Positions 24,652 to 38,119 of a DNA stretch of 64,000 bases are shown here, piece after piece (positions within the stretch are counted from its first letter, which is position 1; every line of letters starts with the position of its first letter). Made by a program: the position numbers and the translations under genes. Source of the DNA: Octopus vulgaris (Eukaryota); contig OX597814.1 of assembly GCA_951406725.2 (NCBI GenBank), positions 204,724,001-204,788,000 on the forward strand, written 5' to 3'. Below the pieces are notes generated by a model. It had not been told where the DNA came from. It saw only the letters and a list, made by a program, of their open reading frames with translations, and did not search any database.

Positions 24652-24782
24652 ATTGGCGTTAGGAAGGGCATCCAGCTGTAGAAACTCTGCCAGATCAAGA
24701 TTGGAGCCTGGTGCAGACATCTGGCTTGCCAGTCCTAGCATGGAAAGCAGACGTTAAACAATGATGATGATGATGATGATGA

Positions 24783-24786
<4 letters not shown>
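24652..24786 (+). mobile_element. RTE-derived 3' end, tail-to-tail with the next element
   Basis: ttggcgttaggaagggcatccagc...gacgttaaacaat(gat)n, then (TA)n. Confidence 0.85.
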
Positions 24787-24829
<43 letters not shown>

Positions 24830-24832
<3 letters not shown>

Positions 24833-25813
24833 TCATCATCATCATCATCATCATTTAGCGTCCGTTTTCCATGCTAGCATGGGTTGGACGGTTCAACTGG
24901 GGTCTGTGAAGCTGGAAGGCTTCATCAGGCCCAGTCAGATCTGGCAGTGTTTCTACGGCTGGATGCCCTTCCTAACGCCAACCACTCCGTGAGTGTAGTG
25001 GGTGCTTTTTACGTGCCACCTGCACAGGTGCCAGACAGAGCTGGCAAACGGCCACGAACGGATGGTGCTTTTACGTGTCACTGGCACGGGGCCAGGCGAG
25101 GCTGGCAACAGACACGAACGGATGGTGCTTTTACGTGCCACCAACACGGGGGACAGACAGAGCTGGCAAACGGCCACGAAACGGATGGTGCTTTTACGTG
25201 TCACCGGCACGGGGCCAGGCGAGGCTGGCAACGGGCACGAACGGATGGTGCTTTTACATGCCACCGACATGGGGGCCAGACAGGGCTGGCAAACGGCCAC
25301 GAACGGGTGGTGCTTTTACGTGTCACCGGCACGGGGGCCAGGCGAGGCTGGCAACGGACACGAACGGATGGTGCTTTTACATGTCACCGACATGGGGGCC
25401 AGACAGGGCTGGCAAACGGCCACGAACGGATGGTGCTTTTACGTGTCACCAGCACGGGGGCCAGACAGAGCTGGCAAACGGCCACAAACGGATGGTACTT
25501 TTACGTGTCACCGGCACGGGGACCAGGCCAGGCTGGCAACGAACACGAACGGATGGTGCTTTTACGTGCCACCTACACGGGGGCCAGACAGGGCTGGCGA
25601 ACGGCTACGAACGGATGGTACTTTTACGTGTCACCTGCACGGGGGCCCTGATGTTGATCGACCTCAATTTGGTTTGATCTTGATTTTGACTGTTCTCACT
25701 GGTCTTGCCGGGTTTTCTCATGCACAGCATACCTCCAAAGGTCTCGGTCACTGGTCATTTCCTTGGTGAGACCTAAAGTTCGAAGGTCGTGCTTCACCGC
25801 CTCGACCCAGGTC
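24830..25813 (-). mobile_element. RTE LINE 3' end: ORF C-terminus, 3' UTR minisatellite and (GAT)n tail
   Basis: TWVEAVKHDLRTLGLTKEMTSDRDLWRYAVHEKTRQ (RTE C-terminal W...V..DL...DR..WR motif) followed by the 3' UTR shared with the many (GAT)n repeats. Confidence 0.9.
25001..25650. repeat. Minisatellite of ~61-62-bp units, about 10.5 copies, alternating A/B
   Basis: Unit ggtgcttttacgtgYcaccggcacgggggccag...ctggcaa...cacgaacggat. Confidence 0.92.
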
Positions 25814-25829
25814 GATATATATATATATA

Positions 25830-26135
25830 AGCAACTTTCCAACCACAGAGCCTTGTTAAGGATCCTGGAGAGATGATATGCCATGTCCTTGGCCAGCCAT
25901 GTGTGGAGCCTGAAGGACAAAGGGATTTCACACATAATCTCATGGAAGATCCTAGAAAAACTGGGCCCCTACATCAACAGGAGCAAACATTGCAAGCTGC
26001 TCATAGCTGAAAGGGCGAGGATATTAAAGAACTCCTTCGACCTGGGAAACATTTTGAATTCCAGGAATGGAAAACTTTGCACCTTGCTTACACTTCAAGA
26101 GATTCCTGCTGAAATCCTGGGACCCTCAAGTTGAC
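25830..26135 (+). mobile_element. Penelope-like element, GIY-YIG endonuclease C-terminal fragment
   Basis: SLASHVWSLKDKGISHIISWKILEKLGPYINRSKHCKLLIAERARIL...ILNSRN matches PLE LSxHxWxLK...IxWxIL...Y...CxLCxxEKxxI...LNxRxE. Confidence 0.85.
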
Positions 26136-26636
26136 CAGGTGGATTCTTGGTAGCAGTCTAAGGGAGACAATCCCTTGCACTTAAACCTCCATTGTCTGAG
26201 TGTTCAACAACTAGCCATGAGTTTTTTTCTATCTCCAATTTGAAGAGAGGTTATTGGTCACCAGCCATTAGGGTAGCCATGTATCTCCTCTACAGAAGCA
26301 CTCCCGTCTCTGCCCTCATTCTTGATCACTCTCTCTCTCTCTTCTTGTTTTGCTTCTGACTAGGTAACCAAGTATCTTCCTTACATCAGCACACCTGTCT
26401 CTGTCCCCTTACTTGTACCTATCTCACTCTCTCTCTCTCCCTCCCGCTCTCTCTCTCTTGCTTTCTCTCTCTGGGTAACCATCTACCCCCTCTATAGCAT
26501 GACACCTGTTTCTGCCTCTCTATTTCTGTTATACCTGTTTCTGTCTCTCTGCCTCTCTGTCACACTCTAACCTTTCATCCTCAGACAGAAGCTCCCCTCC
26601 TCAAATTCCCCTCCCCCTCTCAAAGGATCTTTGTCT

Positions 26637-26948
26637 TACAAATTACTTGGTGACCCTGCCAGTGCTGGTGCCATGTAAAAAGCATCCAGTGCACACTGTG
26701 AATTTGGATGGCATTTGGAAGGGCAACTAGCAGTAAAAATTATGCCAAAACTAACCTCGGCTATGCTAGTGCCACATAAAAAAGCACTGAGTCTACTCTG
26801 CAGAGTGGTTGGTGTTAGGAAGGACATCCAGCTGTAGAAACCCTGCCAAAACAAACACAGTAGCCTGGGGAGGTCTTCTATCTGGCTGACCCCTGTCAAC
26901 CATCCTATCCATGCATGCATAGAAGACAGATGCTAATGATGATGATGA
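26637..26948 (+). mobile_element. RTE-derived 3'-end repeat (older subfamily)
   Basis: gagtggttggtgttaggaaggacatccagc...(gat)n. Confidence 0.75.
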
Positions 26949-27134
26949 TATACATACATACATACATATATACATATATATGTAAATATATTAATTATTA
27001 TCGCCATATTAATATGGCAGTCTTATAGATATAAAACTAAAAGCTGTCACTGATTAGCTCCATGAGGCCATCACCTTAAGATAGCTATTTGACACACAAA
27101 CTGTGTCCATTAGAACCTTCGAACAAGGGAGGTC

Positions 27135-27660
<526 letters not shown>

Positions 27661-28071
27661 TTATCGTCACTGAGTAACGTAATTAGGTAGAGGAAAGAAA
27701 TACAGATATTCTAGAGTTGAGTTGGGGAGGGGGGGCAGTTGAGGCGGGTAATATAGGGGAGCAACCAGTGGGGAAGGTTGGGGTAAGGAGGAACGATGGC
27801 AGGAAGGGTTGGTGTAGGTTCCTAAGAAATAAAAAAAAAAAAAAAAAAAAAAAAAAAACGTAGGATATTACGAGGCGGGAGGGTACTAAAGGGGATGGTC
27901 GGAATGAGGCAGTGTCAGGAGGAAGCGTAAGATCGGTGGGCAGTTGATGAGCTATGGCGCTAGCAGCTTGTCTTTTCACAGTGAAAGCATATGAGGAGAA
28001 GGGGTAGTGGGGGGAGGAGGAGGGAGTAGGGCGTACCCGGTGTAGATGAGTAAGGCGTATCCGGTGTAGAT

Positions 28072-28250
28072 GGTGAGAACAGGGTATACTGGTATTGGTG
28101 GTGGGGTTGAGAACAGTGTTCACCGGTATTGGTGGTGGTGGCGGTGAGAACAGTGTTCACCGGTATTGGTGGTGGGGGTGAGAACAGTGTTCACCGGTAT
28201 TGGTGGTGGGGGTGAGAACAGTGTTCATCGGTATTGGTGGTGGGGGTGGG
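28072..28250. repeat. 34-37-bp tandem repeat, about 5 copies
   Basis: ggtgagaacagtgttcaccggtattggtggtggg. Confidence 0.9.
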
Positions 28251-28594
28251 GGGCGGGCGCACCGCCAATGGCGGAAAGATGGGAAGAGATGGGATTACGG
28301 CTTGAGGTAGCCTAAGGTTAAATTTTGTAGAGAGAGATAGGAAAGATAAATCAAGTTATGGCGAAGGCTTGAAAGTAGCCTAAAAGGTTAAATTTTCGTA
28401 ACAATGTATGAATAAACGTAGTAACAACGAATAAAAATAGTAAGATAAATTTTTAAGAACTTGCTGCGGGCATCGACCAGGAGTTGAAATTGAAGAAGAA
28501 AGTAAGTTGAATTGGGAATTTAAATTGCAGAATCGTAATGGTAATGGCGATTTTCAAGTTTTAGCATAAGAAGAAGAAGAGGGGAAAAAGACCG

Positions 28595-28650
<56 letters not shown>

Positions 28651-28657
<7 letters not shown>

Positions 28658-29854
28658 GGCAACTCAGTTCCCGCCTTTTTTATAAATTTTGGAATCTATT
28701 TTGTTTTTTCTTTAGTTAATTTTTGTTTATTTTCAGATCATTAAAATTGAATGTCAATTTAAGAAAAACAAGCATTTTCAACACCCCTTTCTTTTTGCTT
28801 TTAATCAAGGTTTTAAGGCTGCAAAAGTTGCTCGCAACATTTGTGCTGTGTATAGAGAGGGTGCCATAGCTGAAAGAACTATTCATGATTGGTATGCCAA
28901 GTTCAAAAAGGAAAATTTTGACCTCAAAGATGCACCTCCTTCTGGCCGTCCAGTTGAGTTCGATGAAGAGCGATTAAACCAACTTTTGCACAAAAATTCT
29001 CGTCAATGGACAAGGGAACTGGCAGACAAAATGGAATGCTCCCACACTGCTATAGAGAAGAATCTTCACTCGATGTAAAAGGTTCAGAAGTATAGAGCAT
29101 GGGTTCCGCATGCTTTGAGTGACAACAACAAAAATCAACAAGCCACAATCTCTGCTGGTTTGTTTGCTCATCACCACTCAACTCACGGAGACAAGCAAAG
29201 ATTTCTTTACTGAATTGTTACTGGCAATGAAAAATGGTGCCTGTACATCAATATGGAGCCATGTAAAGAATGGCTTAGCCACAGTAAACAAGCGACACCA
29301 CACATGAAACAAGATCTTCATCCACGTAAAATGATGTTGTGCATATGATGGAACTGGAAAGGGATTACCCATTATGAACTACTTGAACAGAACCAAACGG
29401 TCAACGTAGAACTCTATGTTCAACAGATGGAACAACTCAACCTGGCTATTCAAGAGAAAAGACGTAATCATCAGCATGGAGTTCTTCTGCTGCATGACAA
29501 CACCCGCCCTCATATTGACAATATGACCAAGGAATCCATTCAAACGAATGGCTGGGAAGTGCTGCCACACCTGGCATACTCTCCTGATTTGACACCAATG
29601 GATTTCCATCTCTTTCAAATGCTATGCGTGGAGTTTCGTTCAATACTGATGCAGAATTGAGAGTTTGGTTGGATCAATTTTTCGAGTCGAAATCGGGTGA
29701 TTTCTACCAACGAGGTATTGAAAATCTTGTTGAACGTTGGGAAGAAGTTGTAAACAACAAGGGTGAATACATTATTGATCAATTTGTTGTTATTTTTTAT
29801 TAAAACTTTTAATTTTTATTTTAAAAAACGGCTGGAACTTAGTTGCCAGCCCAA
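28651..29854 (+). mobile_element. Near full-length mariner transposon (mellifera-like TIR), defective
   Basis: TIRs ttggattggcaactcagttcc / ggaacttagttgccagcccaa, TA flanks, 1.2 kb. Confidence 0.95.
28747..29780 (+). pseudogene. Mariner DD34D transposase pseudogene
   Basis: Motifs AERTIHDWYAKFK..FDLKDAPPSGRP, WVPHAL, VTGNEKW, LLLHDNTRPH, YSPDLTPMDFHLF; stops and frameshifts. Confidence 0.93.
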
Positions 29855-29918
29855 TATATATATACACACATACATGCATACATACATACATACATACATA
29901 CATACATACATACATACA

Positions 29919-29949
<31 letters not shown>

Positions 29950-30461
29950 GTATGTGTATGTGTATATATATATATATATATATCCCCACTCTCTCTCTTT
30001 TCGGAGAGGCACAAGCACCTACACACACATATACACACACGGCAGTTACTTCTGCCTACCAAATTCAATCACAAAGCTTCGGTGAGCCTGGGGCTATAGC
30101 AGAAGACACTTGCCCAAAGTGCCATGCGGTGGGACTGAACCCGCAACCATGTAGCTCCCTAACCACACAGCCATACCAACGCCTACAATTAGCCATATAT
30201 ATATATATATTTACGTATGCCGTTGTTTTATGTGCACTTTAAGAGAAGAAATATATTACTGGACCATTAACAGATCTTTTGTTTCAATACTATTTTGTAC
30301 GTCAGAATAGAACTCTCAGCCAACATTCCACGTATAGACTGGTTATAAATGCACTTTTAGGAAGGGATGAAATAAATTGGGTAAAACAATTTGCGTTCAT
30401 ATTGCATTCTTGGTAGCTAGTTTGATTGTGTTTCACTGCTGTAATGTACTATAAGAGTGAC

Positions 30462-30800
30462 AGAGTGACCCTCTTCGGTCATGAATGACCATGGGATTGC
30501 ACCTAGAAAGTTACCCTCCAAAGCACAAGTCGGAGCAAGGTTGTTTATGGAAGTCCAGCAGTCGCCCATGCATACCAGCCTCCCGTCTCCACACCACTGA
30601 TGTTTTCCAAGGGAATGGCAAAGGCTGATACAGATTGGCACCAGTGACTTGGCAACTCATTTCTACAGCTGAGTGAACTGCAGCAACGTGAAATAAAGTG
30701 TCTTGCTCAAGAACACAACATGCAACCCAGTCCGGGAATCGAACTCACAACCTCACAATCGTAAGCTTGATGCTCTAACCACTGAGCCATGCGCCTTCAC
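30462..30800 (-). mobile_element. tRNA-derived SINE with Meta-like domain
   Basis: Minus: gaaggcgcaTGGCTCAGTGGttagagc...GAGTTCGATTCCcg...gttgtgttcttgagcaagacacttt. Confidence 0.85.
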
Positions 30801-31909
30801 TAAAACATACTATAGAATATATGTTTATACACACACACACACACATGTATGTATATGTATGAATGTGTGTAAGTCTCTGGATTTGTGTGTGCGCGAGACC
30901 ACTCTTAGTGTTACTGGTAACATATAACCCAATACAACCTACAACCTATCATTTGGTTGGGTCCTTAGTGACTACACCAGTAACCCTATAAAAGCTGCTT
31001 AGTAAATGGGGTGGTTTTTGCTGAACACCCTGCAGGATGAAAAACAAAACCTGTCGAAGGGAGGTTGGATGAACTCTCTCTCAAATCAATGGTTATCCAA
31101 CAGCTGTAATGCCTCCAGGAATTATGGACCCCTAGCTGTTGTCACAGTATCCTTCTAGAAGGGAATCACTTGTAAATCCTGCAGTTTCATGTAATTCCTG
31201 ATCATTCTGCTTTGACCTGTCCCTAGGTCTTATGGCAGTCTGGCAGAGTGGTACTTGTGTTGCACAAGTGGTTATCACTATAATCCAATGATGTCTCTTT
31301 CTGAGGGTCTCTTTTGTCATTCCATCAGTTGAAAGAGCAATGGTGATGTGTACAGACCTAACCAGAGACAAGGTTCTACTTTAAGCCCAAAGCATTGAAA
31401 CCTTGACTGTGGAACTCGTTATTCCACAAAGTGACCTGATCAGTCAAGTGGAAGTTACAGCTTTTGCCTGACATCTATGTTTCAAAACATGCTTATCTGA
31501 AGTGGGATTGAACAGTCATCTGAGAGGTCATAGATGGAAAGTCTGAAATTCCATTGACAATGAGGAAACACAAAAAGATGACATTCGTCTGTGAAGATGG
31601 AACAAGAACCATATATATACATACATGTGTGTGTGTGTGTGTGTGTGCGTGTGTGTGTGTGTGCCTGTGCGCGCGCACGCGTGTGTGTGCGTGCATTTGT
31701 GTGTGCATTCATGCATGCATGTGTGTAAATTTTTGAGCCATGTCTTGTCCAGTTTATCGTAAGCTGTTGCTCTAGTGTGGTTGGTTTACACAATAGAGGA
31801 GAGAATGATGAGTTAGACAAGAGTCTGGAACTGACTTTAAGAAATAAGGACAATTTCTGCCCTGAAACTAGTGACATAGGCACCAACATTAAAAGAGAAT
31901 GTTGTTAAT

Positions 31910-32580
31910 TATCATCACCATCATCATCATTGTCTAATGTCTGTTTTCCAAGCTGGCATGGGTTGGATGGTTTGACTGGGGTTGGTAAACTGGAAGGCTG
32001 CACCAAGCTCCAGTCTGATTTGGCAAGGTTTCTGCAGCTGGATGCCCTTCCTAATGCCAATGACTCCAAGAGTGTAGTGGATGCTTTTTATGTGCCACTG
32101 ACATGGGAGCCAGTCAGGTGGCACTGGCATCGACCATGCTCATATGCTGCTTTTTATGTGCCACCGGCACAGGAGCCAGTTGGGGAGCACTGGCATTGAC
32201 CATGTTCAGACGGTGCTTTTTACATGTCACCAGTACTGACTAGTACCCATGCTGGTAACATATAACCCAATACAACCTACAGGCAACACTAGCATCGACC
32301 CACGCTTATTATGTGCCACCAGCATGGGTACTAGTCAGGCGGCACTGGCATCGGCTATGATTATGATTTTGATTTTGATTTTACTTGACTCAAGTAGGTC
32401 TTCTCAAGTGCAACATATCACCCAATGATTCAAGGGTACTTTTATATGGGATGATTATGCAACACTGGTATCAGCCATGGCTGTGATCTCATTTTATTTG
32501 CCAGGTCATTGGCCATGATTCAATTTCACTTGACTCAGCAGGTCTTCTCAAGCACAGCTCAGCACAGCATATCACTCGAC
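31910..32580 (-). mobile_element. RTE-derived 3'-end repeat (diverged)
   Basis: (cat)n tail and ~60-bp subrepeats. Confidence 0.8.
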
Positions 32581-32944
32581 ATTTGAAATATAAGTGTCAA
32601 AATTTCATTAAGTCATTAACATTTATTAATTGATGTTGGGAGAACTGTATTTTGTTTTGCAACCATAATATTCTCACATGTTTATTAAAGATTTATAAGT
32701 CAATACTGTGTCCTACTTTATGCTAGCAGTGTGTTGTTTTCATTTCCAAGTTTATCTCTACAAATTTTCAATAGAATTTAGATCCACCACTGAAAGGTGC
32801 AACAACCTCACCAGCAATTAATATATATATATACCAGTTGCAAGGAGTGTATTCAATATGTAAATTAGTTTAACCAATAGTGTTACACTGCTAAACTTAT
32901 TGAGTATTCAAGCAATGTATTTGTGGATAGTTAATGGGTTAGAT

Positions 32945-32991
32945 GTGGTACTGAAGAGGGAGCAATAACTCCTGAAATATGTATATACAAC
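32945..32991 (+). ncRNA. Minimal hammerhead ribozyme motif within a Penelope-type remnant
   Basis: GUGGUA-CUGAAGA-GGGAG-caauaa-CUCCU-GAA-AUAUGUAU-A-UACAAC; flanked by degenerate inverted repeats at ~32760-32805 and 33053-33098. Confidence 0.7.
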
Positions 32992-33682
32992 CATTACCTA
33001 TTTTTCTGTGTTCAATTACATTGTTTACATGGACATATTCATATATGAAATATTGTTACTTTTTGTGCTGCCTCTAAATTCAATAGAAAATTTGGAAATA
33101 ACTTAAAAGTGATTAACATTTATATATCAGAATTTATATATCAGAAGACATTGGCCAATAATTGAGGATTGTGGACAATGTCTCCTCTAATTGTTTTGCA
33201 GTGGTTCATCATCATCATCATTTAATGTCCGCTTTTCCATGGTTGTATGGGTCAGACGGAATTTGTTGAGGCAGATTTTCTACAACTGGATGCTCTTCCT
33301 GTCTCCAACCTTCACCTGTTTCCCCAGCAATGTCCTCTTGGCTGGACATGCTTTTTTCAAGAAAGACTGGAAAGAATAACATTGCTTGTATGATGATGAT
33401 GATGCTCATTTACAACCATAACATGATGGCAAGATCATTGTACACACACACACACACACACACACATACCTGATGGGCTTCTTTCAGTTTCCATCTACCA
33501 AATCCACTCATAATGCTTTGGTTGGCCGAGGACAATAGAAGACATATGCAGTGGAACTGAACCAAAGAGTACATGGCTGGAGAGCTAACTCCTAAACCAC
33601 CCAACTATGCCCGTGACAACTGGGTGTGCACAAACATTTGCAAAATGTGTAAATTTTGTCTTCTTTGCAAAGTATGTGTCCA

Positions 33683-34208
<526 letters not shown>

Positions 34209-34543
34209 ACTATTGGAGAGTGTAGTTTGTGGTAACATTTTGTTTTTTTTCCCAAAAAATGGAATCGGCACAGCTAGTTCTGCTTGATGAGGACTGACCC
34301 AGGGCTAAACAGCAACACCGACCAATATTTATTTGGTTGCCTCTGTAACAGCAACTGACTGAGAACATTCTCCACTCCTCCTCCCAACTCTCAGACATCG
34401 ATGAAAATGAGTTAAACATAGAATTATGTTGGCAACATTTCCAGCAATATCTAACTACACAACTCCTAATTGTGGAACAAATGTACGTAGGTATGTATAT
34501 GAGTGTATATATGTATGCCTATGAGTGTGTATGTATATATATA

Positions 34544-34629
<86 letters not shown>

Positions 34630-34664
34630 TATATATATATACACATATATGTAAATATATATAT

Positions 34665-34708
<44 letters not shown>

Positions 34709-35009
34709 TCATATTTAGTATATATATATATATATATGTATATATATACTGAATATGACTTGGGTGTTAGAAACACCTAGATTGCTGGAAATAAGAGCTA
34801 AAATGCTCTAATGCTGTAGTCAAAGCACATAATTGTATACATAGACACTGATTCAGGCCATAATCGTCTGATAACACCAATCTTCATCAGTGTTTTGGGG
34901 CGATTATAGTCCAAAGAATAAGTCCAAACAAGAAGAAGGAAAATAGCCAGAGCCCACATGAAATTACATTTCTGTAAATATATATATATAACAACAATCT
35001 TATTAAGAA

Positions 35010-35225
35010 AAGCGGTGAACTGGCAGAATCGTTAGCACACTGGGTGAAATGCTTAGCAGTATTTCGTCTGCTGTTTCATTCTGAGTTCAAATTCTGCCGA
35101 GATCGACTTTGCCTTTAAACCTTTCGGGATCAATAAATTAAGTACCAGTTGTGTACTGGGATCAATCTAGTCGACTGGCCCCCTTCCCCAAAATTTCGGG
35201 CCTTGTTCCTAGAGTAGAAAAGAAC
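35010..35225 (+). mobile_element. Nin/Deu-domain SINE
   Basis: agcggtgaactggcagaatcgttagc...taaattaagtaccag. Confidence 0.85.
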
Positions 35226-35305
35226 ATTCTAAGAATAACTAATTTGTAATCAACAAAAGTATCAGATTAGTGTAAAATTGTTTCTGTTATAATGACAGAA
35301 AAACA

Positions 35306-35336
<31 letters not shown>

Positions 35337-35574
35337 CTGTCGTGTCAGGGGGGAGTCATTGTGTTTTGGTGCCTTATAATTTAACACACTTACCGGCAAA
35401 ATTTCCACTTTTTTCTTTTTTATAGAAAAATGTCCACTTATTTCTTCTGTTATAGAAAAATAAAAAATAAAAAAATAAAAAATAAAAAGAAAAAAGAAAT
35501 AAGTGTAAATTTTAGTGGTGAGTTTGTTAAATTGTGAAACACCAAAAGAGAATGACTCTCCCCAGACACAACAG
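35337..35574. mobile_element. Foldback MITE, probably Tc1/mariner-derived
   Basis: ctgtcgtgtcagggggagtcattgtgttttggtg / caccaaaagagaatgactctccccagacacaacag; inverted similarity continues internally; left flank is a (TA)n run. Confidence 0.75.
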
Positions 35575-35796
35575 AATATGCTTCAACACACGAACGCACC
35601 TAAAGAATCTTGCAAACCAAATCTCAAAACGGAATACACACACACACACACACAAACACACACAAAAACACACACACACACACATACACATATACATACA
35701 TATATTACAGAGATGTACTTGCATAGCAAGTGGCCTGATCTGAGATTGTGTGCTGAAACAAAAAATCAATTGCAACATTTAAATTTAATTTGCGTA

Positions 35797-35961
35797 GGAG
35801 TGGCTGTGTGGTAAGTAGCTTGCTTACGAACCACATGGTTCCGGGTTCAGTCCCACTGCGTGGCACCTTGGGCAAGTGTCTTCTACTATAGCCTCGGGCC
35901 GACCAAAGCCTTGTGAGTGGATTTGGTAGACAGAAACTGAAAGAAGCCTGTCGTATATATG

Positions 35962-36004
<43 letters not shown>

Positions 36005-36452
36005 TTGTGTGTCTGTGTTTGTCCCCCAACATCGCTTGACCACCGATGCTGGTGTGTTTACGCCCCCGTAACTTAGCAGTCTGGCAAAAGAGACCGATAG
36101 AATAAGTACTAGACTTACAAAGAATAAGTCCTGGAATAAAGGTGGCGAGCTGGCAGAATTGTTAGCACGTCGGGCGAAATGCTTTGCGGTATTTCGGCTG
36201 CCGTTACGTTGTGAGTTCAAATTCCGCCGAGGTCGACTTTACCTTTCATCCTTTCGGGCTCGATAAATTAAGTACCAGTTACGCACTGGGGTCGATGTAA
36301 TCGACTTAATCTGTTTGTCTGTCCTTGCTTGTCCCCTCTGTGTTTAGCCCCTTGTGGGTAGTAAAGAAATAGATTTGCTCGACTAAAGGCAGTGCTCCAG
36401 CATGGCCACAGTCAAATGACTGAAACAAGTAAAGGAGTAAGAGAGTAAAAGA
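35797..36452 (+). mobile_element. tRNA-SINE family A with a Nin/Deu SINE nested inside (36139-36371)
   Basis: Host ...aagtcctgg|[aaggtggcgagctggcag...gtaaagaaata]|gatttgctcgactaaagg... resumes. Confidence 0.9.
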
Positions 36453-36929
36453 GTAAACTATTTTTGTCGCTTTGAGACCGTGACCTGATCACTGACAAAA
36501 TTCCGTGCTGCATCATGTATATATACTAATGATTAAATTAGACAGCAGTTTAGCAATGTAACACTAAAAAGGAAAATTATAATAGTCATTAAAAATGATA
36601 GAGGGAGTTAGAAACACCCACCCACACACACACACAAACGTATTTATATGTTTATTATAGTTTATTGTTTCAAGAGAGGAGAGTCTACTCTGAGTGTTTT
36701 GCACTAGACAGGGCTGTTTATGTCAGTGTAGGAGGACAAATTGTTTACAATTTATATAAGGGAGTGTTGATCTTGGAAGGGTTTGTGTGTGTGTGGATTG
36801 TTGCAAACAGGCCAGCTTTGATGTTAACTGTTGATTTAATTAACACATCTAATCACTCCACCCAGCATACTGAGTTCAGATAATGTTTTAACTATGTAAA
36901 ATATATTCTTAATATATTTTACAACTCTG

Positions 36930-37365
36930 AAGCAGTGAACTGATGGAATCATTAGCACACGGCACAAAATGATTAATGGCATTTTGTCCAACTTCATATG
37001 CTGGGGGCAAATTCCGCTGGAGCCGACTTTGCTCTTTCATCCTTTTGGGGGCCAACAAAATAAGTACCAGTTGAACAGTAAGGTCAATGTAATTGACCTA
37101 CCCCTCTCCCAGAATTTCTGACTTTGTGCCAACATTTGAAATCAATATATTTTACCACTCTTACATTATCATATATATACATACATACATATATATATAT
37201 ATATACACAAATTATGGGGGTAGTAAGTAGCTTGTTTACCAACCACATGGTTCCAGGTTCAATCCCACTGCGTGGCACCTTGGGTAAGTGTCTTCTACTA
37301 TAGCCTTGGGCTGACCAAAGCCTTGTGAGTGGATTTGGTAGATGGAAACTGAAAGAAGCCCATTA
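36930..37365 (+). mobile_element. Diverged Nin/Deu SINE followed by a family A SINE head
   Basis: gaatcattagcac...aaataagtaccag; then gtaagtagcttg...aaagaagccc at 37222-37361. Confidence 0.75.
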
Positions 37366-37410
37366 TGTGTGTGTGTATGTATATATATATACATATATAT
37401 ATATATACAT

Positions 37411-37903
37411 AAAATAAATATAAGAGAGTGGTCACTATATTGATCACTCTAGCACCAGTTAATCCAAAAGGTTTCAACCACGAAAATACATGTTTCCCAT
37501 GAAAGCCAGTACGACTGTTAGCTCACACGGACAGGGCAAATAAAAAATAACAAAAATACAGATTATTTTGGGACAATTGTTTCGCTATTGAATTAAATGT
37601 ATTAATCGAAACAATTGTCCCAAAATAATCTGTATTTTTGTTATTTTTTATTTGCCCTGTCCGTGTGAGCTAACAGTCGTACTGGCTTTCATGGGAAACA
37701 TGTATTTTCGTGGTTAAACCTTTGGATTAACTGGTGCTAGAGTGATCAATATAGTGACCACTCTCTTATATTTATTTTGTGAAAATATTATAATATGTTA
37801 TAAAATATTATAATAATCCAGGTTTCTCGTAGCACTAGGCCACTTGGTGTGGAATAAATATACTATTAAATTAGTATCTAATTCTCTCACCCTTATTAAT
37901 TAA
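37411..37903. mobile_element. Penelope-type inverted terminal repeat (368-bp near-perfect palindrome plus 3' extension)
   Basis: Arms 37411-37584 and 37607-37778, 22-nt loop; inner arm ends carry CGAAAC-AATT-GTC, the 3' half of a hammerhead. Confidence 0.8.
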
Positions 37904-37904
37904 T

Positions 37905-38119
<215 letters not shown>

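Noticed and set aside
25001-25650. CRISPR-like regular repeats
   Set aside because: Units are contiguous with alternating variants, there are no unique spacers or cas genes, and the context is eukaryotic.
24884-25769. Overlapping 255/255/200-aa repetitive ORFs
   Set aside because: Open in all frames because of a GC-rich minisatellite in an RTE 3' UTR.
31130-31620. Non-repetitive block with short ORFs
   Set aside because: No recognisable domain or consistent splice sites; probably an old LINE remnant that I cannot classify.
34843-34897. Possible minus-strand hammerhead (ACA CUGAUGA AGAU...)
   Set aside because: No correctly placed GAAA; at best a decayed remnant that cannot be supported.
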